Below are positions 21,047-31,219 of a DNA stretch of 64,000 nucleotides, piece after piece. Source of the DNA: Patescibacteria group bacterium (GTDB lineage Bacteria > Patescibacteriota > Microgenomatia > UBA8517); the NCBI GenBank assembly GCA_041742135.1, contig JBGSJG010000008.1:232964-296963 (forward strand), written 5' to 3'. Numbering within the stretch: position 1 is the stretch's first letter; each line of letters starts with the position of its first letter. Below the pieces are notes generated by a model. The model saw only the letters and a program-made list of their open reading frames with translations, made no database searches and had not been told where the DNA came from. Made by a program: the position numbers and the translations under genes.

Positions 21047-22109
21047 CTCCTTTATTCCTTATTAATGTTCCTAAATATTGAAATGCGAGAGAAAAAATAA
21101 TTTGCGGTGTTGGCTGAAGCGGTAGTTTGTCTTTTTGGCAGGTTTCAAACTTACTTTTAAATTCCTGAGCTTCGTTTAACGCTCGACCCTTGGCTTTATT
21201 TACCTCATCAAGCTCGTCTTCCAGTACCCCTATGCGAGCCTGAGCCAACGGTAGGGCATCTGAACCGTTTTTGAGCTGCTTATTTAGAGCGTCAATTAGG
21301 GATTTATAGTACTTTTCTTTATCTAGCAGTGACTTTTCCAGCCTGCTTACATGCTCAACCCTGTTTTCAATTTCCTGGTTAGCCTTGTCCAATTCTGATT
21401 GTTTATCATTTAGCTTGTTAGATAGGTCAGTTTCACGACTTTTATACCCTCCGATAACACTTTTAATTCTGTCACTGGGGGTAGTATTGGAGTCGTCATT
21501 TATCTCAAGTATCTTTAATGCTTCTGGCCACTTTGTAGCTGAGGCGACAATTTGTTCATATTTAATTCGCCATTCTGGAGTGTTCGGGATCAAACATCCT
21601 TCAGGGGTTGAAGTTGTACCTTTTTCTTTTTTGTATTTTCTCAATTCATCAAAAAACTCTTGAGGGTTGATGGCACCAAAATAACCATTGCTATAGTTGT
21701 CGCTGACAAACTTTCCATTTTGTAGCTGCCCACGCTTTACAGTGAGGTGAAGGTGACTCCCTGTGCTGTTGCCAGTGTTGTCACTGACAGCCATCTCATC
21801 GCCTTCATTTTTGTTTTCAAAATGCTCGATTGACTTACAGTGAGCGTATGTGAGCTTATAAGTGTTATAAAGCCGAACAATGACTTCAAAGTACAACCCA
21901 AAACCGTCGTTACCTTCATTGCCTTGGGCATAAAACTGTGACTTCCAGGAGGAAAAAATATATCTAAAACCTTGAGGAGTATCTGGAAACTTGGTTTTTA
22001 AATCCCAGCCATTATGCCCTTTAAGTCCAAAACGGGCATAGGCTTCTGGATTTCCTCCAAATCCTTGAGTAAGTTCAAATGGTTCTATTGGTCGAATAAT
22101 GTCAGACAT
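21027..22109 (-). CDS. M23 (LytM) peptidase-domain endolysin with C-terminal coiled-coil region
   Basis: GHNGWDL (HxxxD) and GNSTGSHLHLTV (HxH). Confidence 0.75.
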   Translation of the reverse strand: MSDIIRPIEPFELTQGFGGNPEAYARFGLKGHNGWDLKTKFPDTPQGFRYIFSSWKSQFYAQGNEGNDGFGLYFEVIVRLYNTYKLTYAHCKSIEHFENKNEGDEMAVSDNTGNSTGSHLHLTVKRGQLQNGKFVSDNYSNGYFGAINPQEFFDELRKYKKEKGTTSTPEGCLIPNTPEWRIKYEQIVASATKWPEALKILEINDDSNTTPSDRIKSVIGGYKSRETDLSNKLNDKQSELDKANQEIENRVEHVSRLEKSLLDKEKYYKSLIDALNKQLKNGSDALPLAQARIGVLEDELDEVNKAKGRALNEAQEFKSKFETCQKDKLPLQPTPQIIFSLAFQYLGTLIRNKGGDQYEQ

Positions 22110-22113
22110 ATGG

Positions 22114-25100
22114 TTATCGGTAAATCAAACTCTTTATACTTTGATTGTCCGTGGAACCTGGCGTTTGTTTCAATGGATTAAGTGTTGATCCCTGTCCATT
22201 ACTTTCACCATCTTGGGGAACTCCACCAGGAAGGGTTGTCTTTAGTAAACGCTGCAAGTCCGTTGCGCTAAAAGTAACACTGCTCTGGAATAAAGCGGCT
22301 TCTTTTGGGTCATCTTTCATTAACAGCGGAACCACTTGGGGGATGAGTTTTTCGGCTTCTTCGTTCCAACGCAAAGCCATCTGTTGAGCGCCTTGAAGGT
22401 CGCCAGCCTCTATCAGCTTTTTCATTTGCAAACGAGTCGTATTGTATCCAACTTCAGTATCGTATTTAATGTCCCAGGCTATTCGTTGCTTCTCACCACC
22501 GTGGGTTCTGTAAAAACGATCCATTGTTAGCCCAAGAACATCTGCAGGGCTCAACAGCTCGCGTGCCAGGCTTCCTGTAAGCCCATAAATGGCGTGAGTA
22601 AGCTTCATCGGGCTTACACCAAGTGCACGGCCGATTGTGATGGCTAAATCAGGCGTTCTGCTGTCATATTGTTCCGATGGTGCTACTTTATCCAATCTTC
22701 TGGGAACAACGGGAAAGCCTGTAAAGAAGTTGGTATTGGTCGCTATCTCTAGCGGGGTGCGAATAATTGGAGGGAGAGCTCCTGAGAAAAATGCTTGTGC
22801 AGATAACTCGCCGTCACGAGTGAATGGAACCGGCGCGAGCTGGCTCATCCATTCCAAACCAAGTTTAAATAAGTTCTGTGGCTCCTGTTTTCTGACATAT
22901 TCAAAGGCATACATTAAGGGATTAAAGAAGATTGCTCCGATATCGCCCTTTGGTATTTGAACAACTTTAGGCACACGGTTGCCTTCTTCGTCTTTGTCTT
23001 CACCGACAATAACGATGAAATAGGTGTCTTTTGCCCATTGAGGAATATCATCCCAGAGTTCTTCGTGGTTCATCACGTTATAAAAATAGGTTGCAATTCC
23101 AGGCAGGACTGTCAGTGCCATAGCCCGAGCAGCAGTTCGAACAGGATTATCTTTTAGCACTCGGCCGACATTTAGCAAACCCTGCCATCGAGCATTCACG
23201 AATGGGACCCACATATTGATCAAACGAGCTTCTACTCCAGATTTAGCAAAATCGACCGTGACATTTCGGGCTTCAAAGGCTGCCTCTAAAGGAGTAGCTC
23301 CTTTACTGATGGCTTTTTTGTATATTCCAAGTCGAGGAGCAAGTTCTATTGCCTCAGAAAAGTTACCAATCAGCTCAAACGGATTAATGACGGCTTTGGT
23401 TCTCTCCATCCATTTTGGACGAAATAATTGTTCCGATGCTGTTGCCAATCCCTTGCTGGATTCGATGTAACCACCGTACCCGCCTTGATTTCTCATAAAT
23501 TCGTCATAGGCTTTGGATTCCCATTTAAATGCTGAGCGGAACCCATCTTTAAATCCTGAAAGCCAAACAGCAGGATTGAAGCCATACTTTGATACTAGTG
23601 TGGCTGTTTGATAGTCACGAACGGCATTAGATAGGGTGAACGGGAAATAGAGCGTTGTAGTTCCTGCTTTAAATGCTTTTGAAGATAGCATGACTAGCTT
23701 GCCCATCAAGCCAGCTTGAGCTGGACTCATGGCATGCATTGCTTCCGATAAATCTTTTGGCACCGCCCAACGTGTAACTTTGCCGCCAATAAAAACGCTG
23801 ACAGACTCCCATTCCTGCGGAGCATTTTCTCCTTCGGGTAAATATCGTATTAAACCTCTGGTAGCATCAGGATGTGTTTTCCTTAAATCAACGAGTTTAA
23901 GTGCAACCTTGTTTCTCTCCACCAGACTTACAGCTTTTGTTAGATTATCGATAATTGAAATAAATGGATCACGGATGATTTTGTCAGTTCCCTCCAAAGC
24001 GCTAACTACTCCTTGTTTGCTAACAGAAAACGTTTCTGAGCCGATGACCATTTTATCGGCTTCTTCCAGGGTGGGAATAAATTCTAAAACATGGAATGGT
24101 AGCCAATTTTTATTCTTTTCTACAACGGCATTAAAGGCTTTGTTGCTCAAAATACCAACATCTCTCATCGGCTCTAAAATTGCCTTAATCGCCCAATTCT
24201 GCATACCGTTACCAACTTGTTCAAACGTCTGGAAAGACTTATCACCCACCTTATTTTTCAATTCTTTAAGAGCTTCTTCTGCTGTGTGTTGAGTCACTCC
24301 AAGAGGGTTTTCGATTCCTCTTGCAGCTCTTTCTGAGGTTCTTTGCGCCAAAATATAGCGGGTAAAGTCTGCCCTCATTTTTCTCACTGGCTGGATGATT
24401 CCGTAGAGATCTCGAAAGTTACCTTCCACGATGCCAAAGCGACCGGCATACATTCTGGCTCCTACATACGGACTCGAGTTTATATCGATGGGTTTTCCTT
24501 GGAGTTTGCTCACTTTGTTTTCAAACTCACGAATAGGAGCGAATCGATCAGTAAAAAGACGGGGAAAGACTTCCATTGCCTTTTTTGCTTTATCTAGCAA
24601 ATTGGCAGCTGGTGACAATTTACCAACCATAGCATCAATTTGTTTTAAAGCGCTTCCGTCAGGTGGTGGGCTATCTGATCCGATAGGAATTTCTTGAGGA
24701 GGTCTGGGTGGAGTGCCGGGTGGTGCTGATACAAGCTCATCAGCTCTTTGAGTCTCTGGGGCAACAACGTTCCCATTTCTTCGTTCCTGGAATACCGGCT
24801 CATTGGAAACTTCCTTAGGATCAGGGGCACGCTCAGCTTGCTGCAACTCAACTTCTTCCGATTTTTTATATTTTTCTCTGATTTCGGCTGCTTTTACTGC
24901 GACTTTCTCATCTTTAGATAACTTTTCCATTAGACCTAAAGCTTCAGCGTCTTGAGGTTGATTTGTTACTGAATTAATAGTCGGTGTTTGATCTCTGAAA
25001 GCTTTATCGTATCCACGGCGAAAAGTTTCCAGAGACCCTTCTTTGTCAGAGTAAACCTTGGTTACTCTTACGTCTTTGGGGTTGAGGGCAACCAATAAAT

Positions 25101-27126
25101 CAGCTTCACCGGCCGCTTTAAGAACTACGGAGTCATATCCCGCTTTTCTGAGAGCAGCATCTACCAACAATCTTGCTGTTTTATCTTTTATATAGGTGTC
25201 TATACTCTGATCAAGGTTGGTTTTACCAAGTACTTTATGTATAAACTTGCCCCATTCACCAGCGCCAAAACCCATAAACTTCTGTGGCAGGTCAATAATG
25301 AATGGCTTCTTTGGTGTAAATTCAGTCTCAATGATTGCCAAGTTTGCGCCCATTCCAGATGGATCAGCACGTTTACCATAAAAAAGAGCACCAGACATCG
25401 CACCTTTATTTCCTGGTTGTAAATAAACCCCTTCGCCATATTTTCTTCCGCCAGAGGCACTAAAAGTCTCGGCTTCTGGAACTTTGAATCCAGTTTTTTG
25501 AATGATGTCTGCAATTGCTCTGGTGGTACCGTGATAAGAAATTACTGGTTTGTTTGGCACAATATCACCGGCTTGTTTTGCTAAAGCCAAACCTCGCTCA
25601 TAGCCCTCCTGAAGTATCTGCTTCCCCGATTCAATGCTGGAATATCTTTTCTTTATCCATTCAGGGATACGTTCAAATGTTTCATCAATTGTTTGTCGCA
25701 ATTCTGGCTGAGTTGTTTGCTTACTTGTTGAAGCTGCAGGTTTGGAAGGTGTGACGTCTATCTTGTTTTCCATGGCCACCGTCACTAAGTCGGCATCAGT
25801 CAATTCAGCAACTTTACCTAATCTGGTTTTTGCACTTTGACCGCCAAGACTGGTAACGATTTCATTTCTCTGGGCATCATTTAATGTGGCTCTAATGGAT
25901 AACCCTGCAGGCATATTTCTGACTGCTCGCACCACAATTGCACGCTTATTCGGGACATCTCTCCAAAGTTGGTAGTACAGATCCTGAAACTCCTGTCTGA
26001 ATGTCTTACCTGTATATCCCGTTGGATTACTTACCTTTGATAAAAACTCGTAGGCACGATTGGCAGTATTCCATGCTTGATTAAACTGTCCCATCTCTTG
26101 AGGAGTTTGCTTGGCTTGAGCTGGAAATTGCTTGGTAATATTAACCACCTTGCTTTTCCAAGCTTGTTTGATTTCTAGAGCGGTAGCTTTTTCATTAACT
26201 CCCAAGTATTCCAACGCTTGATTCTTGGTAATTTTTAACTGCTCGCCGGCTATTTTTTCAATTTGTTTTTCAGCAGCTGATTTGTTTGGAAGATATTTAG
26301 CTACGGCGAAATTAAGCGAATGTAATCCCATCATTGCAGCTGTATTTTTGAGAGCGTCCTCACTCGATTCACCCTTTATAAGCGAAGTTACATAAGTGGC
26401 TGGTCCGATAATGGCGGAGGATTTTATAAACGAGGGCTTCATTCCGGCAATGGAAAACGCACCTCCAAGAGCAAAATCGCTTACAAAATCTTTTGAACGT
26501 TGCTGTGCATCTTTGTGCGCTTCTTCTTTCTGTAGTTGAGTTAACCCTGCGAATGTCAGCCCATTTGAGAGAACACTAAAAGTTTTCGGAGCAATTGTTG
26601 CTACTCTACCTAAAAGAGGCACTCCTTTAAGGGCACCTTGCACCAGTCCGCCTCCAACTACAAAGGTACCAATGGTTCCCAAGACGTTAAACTCAACCTC
26701 AGTCATTTTTCCGGCCATTTCTTCAACGTCATTGGCGTATTTGATTTCCGGATCCCACCAGCCAAAAGTTAGTGCTTGTGCCAATCCATCTCCGGCACCC
26801 TTGAGTGCACCAATTGTTGCTTTAGGAAGGCGTTCAAGCACGTCTGTATCACGCGCCCCGAAACCAAGAGTTTGTGCCGTGGCTTCAACATAAATGTTCT
26901 TGAATGGCTTATATGACCCAACGGTTGGTCCTGGAATAGAGAACTCACTTTGTTCAGGTTTTAGCTTTTCTAGTGGGGTCAGAATATCTTCAATTTTCTG
27001 AGAGCCTATTTTCGCCACTTTACCAACAGTCTTTTGAGACTTACCAAACAAATCACCAATTGTCTGTCCGGTCGCTTGGATAGATGAGGTGATATTGGTT
27101 TTGAGATTACTTAGAAAGTTGTCCAT
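22114..27126 (-). CDS. giant (1670 aa) virion internal / ejection-type protein with a central ADP-ribosyltransferase-like segment
   Basis: N-terminal Gly-rich hydrophobic stretches. A central ISYHGTTR ... FSASGG ... IIETEF segment carries an R / S-x-S / E-x-E arrangement. The position matches the T7 core-protein slot. Confidence 0.55.
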   Translation of the reverse strand: MDNFLSNLKTNITSSIQATGQTIGDLFGKSQKTVGKVAKIGSQKIEDILTPLEKLKPEQSEFSIPGPTVGSYKPFKNIYVEATAQTLGFGARDTDVLERLPKATIGALKGAGDGLAQALTFGWWDPEIKYANDVEEMAGKMTEVEFNVLGTIGTFVVGGGLVQGALKGVPLLGRVATIAPKTFSVLSNGLTFAGLTQLQKEEAHKDAQQRSKDFVSDFALGGAFSIAGMKPSFIKSSAIIGPATYVTSLIKGESSEDALKNTAAMMGLHSLNFAVAKYLPNKSAAEKQIEKIAGEQLKITKNQALEYLGVNEKATALEIKQAWKSKVVNITKQFPAQAKQTPQEMGQFNQAWNTANRAYEFLSKVSNPTGYTGKTFRQEFQDLYYQLWRDVPNKRAIVVRAVRNMPAGLSIRATLNDAQRNEIVTSLGGQSAKTRLGKVAELTDADLVTVAMENKIDVTPSKPAASTSKQTTQPELRQTIDETFERIPEWIKKRYSSIESGKQILQEGYERGLALAKQAGDIVPNKPVISYHGTTRAIADIIQKTGFKVPEAETFSASGGRKYGEGVYLQPGNKGAMSGALFYGKRADPSGMGANLAIIETEFTPKKPFIIDLPQKFMGFGAGEWGKFIHKVLGKTNLDQSIDTYIKDKTARLLVDAALRKAGYDSVVLKAAGEADLLVALNPKDVRVTKVYSDKEGSLETFRRGYDKAFRDQTPTINSVTNQPQDAEALGLMEKLSKDEKVAVKAAEIREKYKKSEEVELQQAERAPDPKEVSNEPVFQERRNGNVVAPETQRADELVSAPPGTPPRPPQEIPIGSDSPPPDGSALKQIDAMVGKLSPAANLLDKAKKAMEVFPRLFTDRFAPIREFENKVSKLQGKPIDINSSPYVGARMYAGRFGIVEGNFRDLYGIIQPVRKMRADFTRYILAQRTSERAARGIENPLGVTQHTAEEALKELKNKVGDKSFQTFEQVGNGMQNWAIKAILEPMRDVGILSNKAFNAVVEKNKNWLPFHVLEFIPTLEEADKMVIGSETFSVSKQGVVSALEGTDKIIRDPFISIIDNLTKAVSLVERNKVALKLVDLRKTHPDATRGLIRYLPEGENAPQEWESVSVFIGGKVTRWAVPKDLSEAMHAMSPAQAGLMGKLVMLSSKAFKAGTTTLYFPFTLSNAVRDYQTATLVSKYGFNPAVWLSGFKDGFRSAFKWESKAYDEFMRNQGGYGGYIESSKGLATASEQLFRPKWMERTKAVINPFELIGNFSEAIELAPRLGIYKKAISKGATPLEAAFEARNVTVDFAKSGVEARLINMWVPFVNARWQGLLNVGRVLKDNPVRTAARAMALTVLPGIATYFYNVMNHEELWDDIPQWAKDTYFIVIVGEDKDEEGNRVPKVVQIPKGDIGAIFFNPLMYAFEYVRKQEPQNLFKLGLEWMSQLAPVPFTRDGELSAQAFFSGALPPIIRTPLEIATNTNFFTGFPVVPRRLDKVAPSEQYDSRTPDLAITIGRALGVSPMKLTHAIYGLTGSLARELLSPADVLGLTMDRFYRTHGGEKQRIAWDIKYDTEVGYNTTRLQMKKLIEAGDLQGAQQMALRWNEEAEKLIPQVVPLLMKDDPKEAALFQSSVTFSATDLQRLLKTTLPGGVPQDGESNGQGSTLNPLKQTPGSTDNQSIKSLIYR

Positions 27127-27131
27127 AATTT

Positions 27132-28202
27132 TTATACTCCAGGCGTAAATAAGCGTCTTAAGAAACCCATTACTCCAGGCTGATTTTTAAGTTGCCATTC
27201 TTCATCGATAATGCTTGATGCGTTTTTACCTTTATCTGTACTGACACTTGAAAGATTTGTCTTTAATTGATCCGGAGTAAAGCCTTGCTTCCAAGCGGAA
27301 CGTATTTCAGTACGTAGATCGCCTTCATTTACAGTTGTACCTGTTGATTCTTCAGAGGGTTGCTCGTATAAACTGGTAGTTCCCAATGATGGATCAAAGA
27401 AGCCTATGACGTTCCCAAAGGCATCTTTGACTTGCTGTTTGGCATAAGTACTGCTTGAACCACCGGCTTTTGACCGATTAGTCTGGGCTTCATAGAGCTT
27501 TAGTTCAAACTCTTTTTCCCAGCGATCCTCCTCTTTAGCTGCCGATAGCTCAGACGACCTTACTTGGTTGTAGGTGTTGACCAATCCACCCAAAAATTGA
27601 AGATCATAACGAAGATTGTTTAACTTAGCTTCCTTACCCTGGGTTTCCAAAGCAACCTTGCGAGTTATTTCACCAAGGCGGGCATTATAGTCCTCAGCTT
27701 TAGCATTTCTCTCCTGAATGAAATTGTTGATTTTTGCATTAGCTAGCCTTTGCACCTCACCCGACTCTCCGGTTATAGTGGCTGCCGAGTAACCGGGATT
27801 TTTTCTTATTTTGCTGACTGATTCATCACGAACATTTTTCTCAGCAGCAATGTCAGTGTCTAGAGTAGAGATAGTATCTTTGAGTGTGTCTAATTTTGCT
27901 TTGCTGTATTCCTCGTCATATCGCTTTGTTTGATATCCTTCCAAGTCACCAGAAAGATCCTGAGCTTGTTTATAGGTGTTCTGAAACTTAGTGTTGAGTG
28001 TTCCAATATCAAAACCCAGAATCTTATCTGAGCCACCGCCTAATTCAGAAAGTCCTGTACTAAGATTTGAAATAGATTGTTGCTTTGTTGGTTCATCACC
28101 ATCAGACCAGACATCTTTACCTGAAGAGTCAGTACCCCACCAGCGAAGAGCCTTGTCTTGATTGGGTTGCCAGTACCAGCCGCCGTATTGTTTGTCTGCC
28201 AT
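27132..28202 (-). CDS. hypothetical phage structural protein (coiled-coil rich)
   Basis: Synteny. Confidence 0.35.
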   Translation of the reverse strand: MADKQYGGWYWQPNQDKALRWWGTDSSGKDVWSDGDEPTKQQSISNLSTGLSELGGGSDKILGFDIGTLNTKFQNTYKQAQDLSGDLEGYQTKRYDEEYSKAKLDTLKDTISTLDTDIAAEKNVRDESVSKIRKNPGYSAATITGESGEVQRLANAKINNFIQERNAKAEDYNARLGEITRKVALETQGKEAKLNNLRYDLQFLGGLVNTYNQVRSSELSAAKEEDRWEKEFELKLYEAQTNRSKAGGSSSTYAKQQVKDAFGNVIGFFDPSLGTTSLYEQPSEESTGTTVNEGDLRTEIRSAWKQGFTPDQLKTNLSSVSTDKGKNASSIIDEEWQLKNQPGVMGFLRRLFTPGV

Positions 28203-28448
28203 TTACGACACACCTCCTTTCTGGTCACCAGATTTGCTTGGAACTATCTGATTAATTCTTCCGGTACCAAGGTCAAATGTGTATTCGGTATTAGCATCCA
28301 AGCCATACTTGAAATACTTATTTACCAACCAGCGATCTTTTTGTGCTTCTAAAGCTTGGACCACTAGTTTGTATTGATTGATCATCTGCATCCTGGCCTG
28401 CAGTTCATCAAGATCTGATTTGTCGAGTTTTTTAGTTTTTTTGAACAT
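28203..28448 (-). CDS. small hypothetical phage protein
   Basis: ORF in the structural operon. Confidence 0.3.
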   Translation of the reverse strand: MFKKTKKLDKSDLDELQARMQMINQYKLVVQALEAQKDRWLVNKYFKYGLDANTEYTFDLGTGRINQIVPSKSGDQKGGVS

Positions 28449-29763
28449 ATGACTTAATCTCCTCTCTGCCCAACATAGAGACGAACCTTCGCCGGTAATC
28501 GGCTATTTCTTCCTCTATATTTGGACCGCCACGTTTCCTCATAAGGCTTACCTGGTGTTCAAGATATTTCTGCTTGAAAACTGTTTCGTCTTCACCGCTT
28601 TGTTTGAGTAATGGTTCACCTTCCGGTTCAAAGTCGAAATCAAAGTACCCATCACGAACGGTATAGACGCAGAAATCAAACGCTACGTTAGATACACCAA
28701 TGAGCAACTCTTTTACTAAGAGGTACTCATTTGTCAGTTCTGAGATATACAAACCGTTACAATCGGCTCGGGGAGTCAAGTATGCAGTGATATTTCGGGG
28801 ATCGCTGACCGCTATAAAGTGGTCTGGGAAGTCAATTCGTGTCTGTCCGTTACTGAGATTTGCTGTTCCTCGATAAACGAGGAGAACTTCTGCTGCCTCA
28901 ATCCCAGTATACACCAATCTATGGCCCTTTTTCCGGGGGTGCGGGATAGAGAAATTCGAAGTACCTGTTTTATTAATGTTTCCGGCCACATTTAGAGCTT
29001 CAAGGCCAGACATCAGGATATTGACCGAGTTGAAGTAGCCTGTACCACCATAAATTCTCTCAGCACTCATCTGACCTGCATTCACTTTGCCGGCGTTTAA
29101 ATCATTAACTTCTGCATTGGTGACTGCCAAGTCCTGAATTTTAGCCGTGCTGATGGCTGCGTTTGCAATCCGAGAGTTGCCGACCTCTAGAGCACCTATC
29201 TTTGCGTTAGTGATTGAAGCATCTGCGATCTCGGCATTCGTTACAGCTGCATCCTGGATTTTGGCTGTACTAATAGCGGCATTTGCTATTCGAGAGTTGC
29301 CGACTTCCAAAGCGCCAATCTTTGCATTGGTAATAGCTGCATCGGCGATCTCAGCGTTTGTGATGGCTGCCGTTTGAATTTTTGCTGTTGATATGGCTGC
29401 GTTGGCTATGCGAGAGTTGGTAATCTGCGCCAGGCCTATATGAGCTGTGAGAATAATGGCTTCTTCGATCTGAGCGGAGAGAGTGATAACGGACCCTGCT
29501 TTATAAACTTTTGCGGCAGTAATGGCATCATCTTTTATTTTTTGAGTTGCTACAGCGGCATCTGCCAATTTTTGTTCAGTGACAGAAAAGTCACTCAGCT
29601 CTGTATCGCTCACGGCACCTGGTTTTATATTGACGCTGTCAACTGAATTTGGAGCTAGCAGGGGGGAATCAACCCCATTATGGCCATGTGGCACGACCTC
29701 AGGAAATGGTTGATCCTGAACTTTCTTGTTTTCTAGTACTTTATCTATTTGTTTGGTTAGCAT
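28432..29763 (-). CDS. tail fibre protein with internal 41-aa tandem repeats
   Basis: NSRIANAAISTAKIQ.AA.TNAEIADA.ITNAKIGALEVG is repeated ~2.5 times; the position matches the fibre slot. Confidence 0.55.
   Translation of the reverse strand: MLTKQIDKVLENKKVQDQPFPEVVPHGHNGVDSPLLAPNSVDSVNIKPGAVSDTELSDFSVTEQKLADAAVATQKIKDDAITAAKVYKAGSVITLSAQIEEAIILTAHIGLAQITNSRIANAAISTAKIQTAAITNAEIADAAITNAKIGALEVGNSRIANAAISTAKIQDAAVTNAEIADASITNAKIGALEVGNSRIANAAISTAKIQDLAVTNAEVNDLNAGKVNAGQMSAERIYGGTGYFNSVNILMSGLEALNVAGNINKTGTSNFSIPHPRKKGHRLVYTGIEAAEVLLVYRGTANLSNGQTRIDFPDHFIAVSDPRNITAYLTPRADCNGLYISELTNEYLLVKELLIGVSNVAFDFCVYTVRDGYFDFDFEPEGEPLLKQSGEDETVFKQKYLEHQVSLMRKRGGPNIEEEIADYRRRFVSMLGREEIKSYVQKN
29150..29440. 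repeat. 123-bp-period tandem repeat (~2.4 copies) inside the tail-fibre gene
   Basis: Direct comparison: gcgtttgcaatccgagagttgccgacctctagagcacc... / gcatttgctattcgagagttgccgacttccaaagcgcc... / gcgttggctatgcgagagttgg... Confidence 0.8.
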
Positions 29764-29767
29764 AGTT

Positions 29768-31213
29768 TTATAAAATTCCTAATGGATCGAAATAAGTGGT
29801 TGCCGAAATAATCTCTGGAGTATCATTGCCATTCGGGTGTAAATTCATTGCCAACTCATATTCTTCGCCCGCTCCCGGATCTTCTTCATCACCGCCGGTT
29901 TCGATAGTGAATATGGCTTTTGATTTTCCTTCTTTATCAAAAAGTTCAGCTCCGTCCTGCATGGTGGCTTTTTGCCAATCTGCTTGCTGATTTACTTTGA
30001 AGAAAATTTCAACACTGCAATCTTGAGGCAGAGGTTTAGTCACTAGCTTAATGTGGCGAAATCCTTTTTGAGTAAATGACTCCCCACCATCAAAGACCAG
30101 TCCTTCAAATCGTGCTTCAGCCTTGTTATCAGCATCGACAACATCCACACCAAATTCTGAACCGTTTTTCCAGGAACAGTGGAGCTTGTCTTCATACATG
30201 GTTAAAGCTCCCAGCAGGACGTTTTCAAGCTGACCGTGTGAAGGCACATACTCCAGATTTAATGCATAAGGATCATTTTTGTTAAGCCGACCGTATGAGT
30301 AAATGCCGCATTTATCACTGCCATTAACCCCAAGTAAGGGCAGACCGCCCATGATAGTCACACCGCCTGGATTAACCCAACCATACTCACCAGGAAGCTT
30401 TTTTATCCTTAACAAACTTGAGGTATCCCAGAAATAAAGACCTCCTCTGACTCCGGCTTGAATCAATAAGAACTCGCCTTGTAGAAGAGCGTTAATACCG
30501 CGCTCGGCTACCATTCGCCTTTGGATCCAGGAAGGTTGAATTTTGTCCCATGTCCACAGCCACCCTTCTTCTACTTTGTCGCCTTTAGTTGATCCGAATA
30601 TCACTAGTTGATCCAAACCGAATAAACACTTATTTCTGTGGCCGAGGGGAAGATCGATAGCATCCAGGTTAAAGCCACCTTCGTAATCGACCATCGCCAA
30701 GTCCTTTGAATCACAGATGAGTAAAACTCCAAGCGCTTCGCTCATGGTGTGCCAACTGGGATCCCCATCCAAAGTCTGCCAGTCGTGTTCTACGTCTGTT
30801 GACCAATCACCTGAGAGTTTTATTCTGCTTACTTTGGTTTCGGTTACCCAATAAAGGTATGGAACGTAATTATCCGCTCCATCGTTATTCGTATACTCAG
30901 CAGCTCCAGTGATGCTACCGTTTGAATCGGTGTAAACCAGCTCCCAAGCTCCGCTACCGCCTTGTTTTCTATAAATGCGGCCACTATCACCAAAACCATA
31001 TAAATTGCCGTTAGAAGCGGGTACAAAAAAGAGAATAAGGTCAGTAACTACCGTATCGCTGTCTAAATCTTCTTTGAGGCGTTGATTACATTTCAGTAAA
31101 TTTTCTTCACCACGAATATTTAGTCCGTAGCCAAAACGGAAAGATTCCCTAACACCTTGGTAGGGATCATCTGCTATTCCGCCTCTAAATCCTTGTATTC
31201 TGTATGCATTCAT
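29768..31213 (-). CDS. phage structural protein (tail tubular / nozzle-like), hypothetical
   Basis: Synteny, size (481 aa), Gly/Trp-rich. Confidence 0.4.
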   Translation of the reverse strand: MNAYRIQGFRGGIADDPYQGVRESFRFGYGLNIRGEENLLKCNQRLKEDLDSDTVVTDLILFFVPASNGNLYGFGDSGRIYRKQGGSGAWELVYTDSNGSITGAAEYTNNDGADNYVPYLYWVTETKVSRIKLSGDWSTDVEHDWQTLDGDPSWHTMSEALGVLLICDSKDLAMVDYEGGFNLDAIDLPLGHRNKCLFGLDQLVIFGSTKGDKVEEGWLWTWDKIQPSWIQRRMVAERGINALLQGEFLLIQAGVRGGLYFWDTSSLLRIKKLPGEYGWVNPGGVTIMGGLPLLGVNGSDKCGIYSYGRLNKNDPYALNLEYVPSHGQLENVLLGALTMYEDKLHCSWKNGSEFGVDVVDADNKAEARFEGLVFDGGESFTQKGFRHIKLVTKPLPQDCSVEIFFKVNQQADWQKATMQDGAELFDKEGKSKAIFTIETGGDEEDPGAGEEYELAMNLHPNGNDTPEIISATTYFDPLGIL

Positions 31214-31219
31214 AATGTT

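Noticed and set aside
22145-27000. Numerous 60-190-aa ORFs antisense to or inside the 1670-aa gene, for example 23729..24292 and 24343..24697
   Set aside because: They are embedded in a long, well-supported coding frame, low-complexity, and have no motifs. They are treated as frame noise.
29147-29377. 76-aa + strand ORF with internal repetition
   Set aside because: It is antisense to the tail-fibre tandem repeat, so the repetition is a by-product of the DNA repeat.
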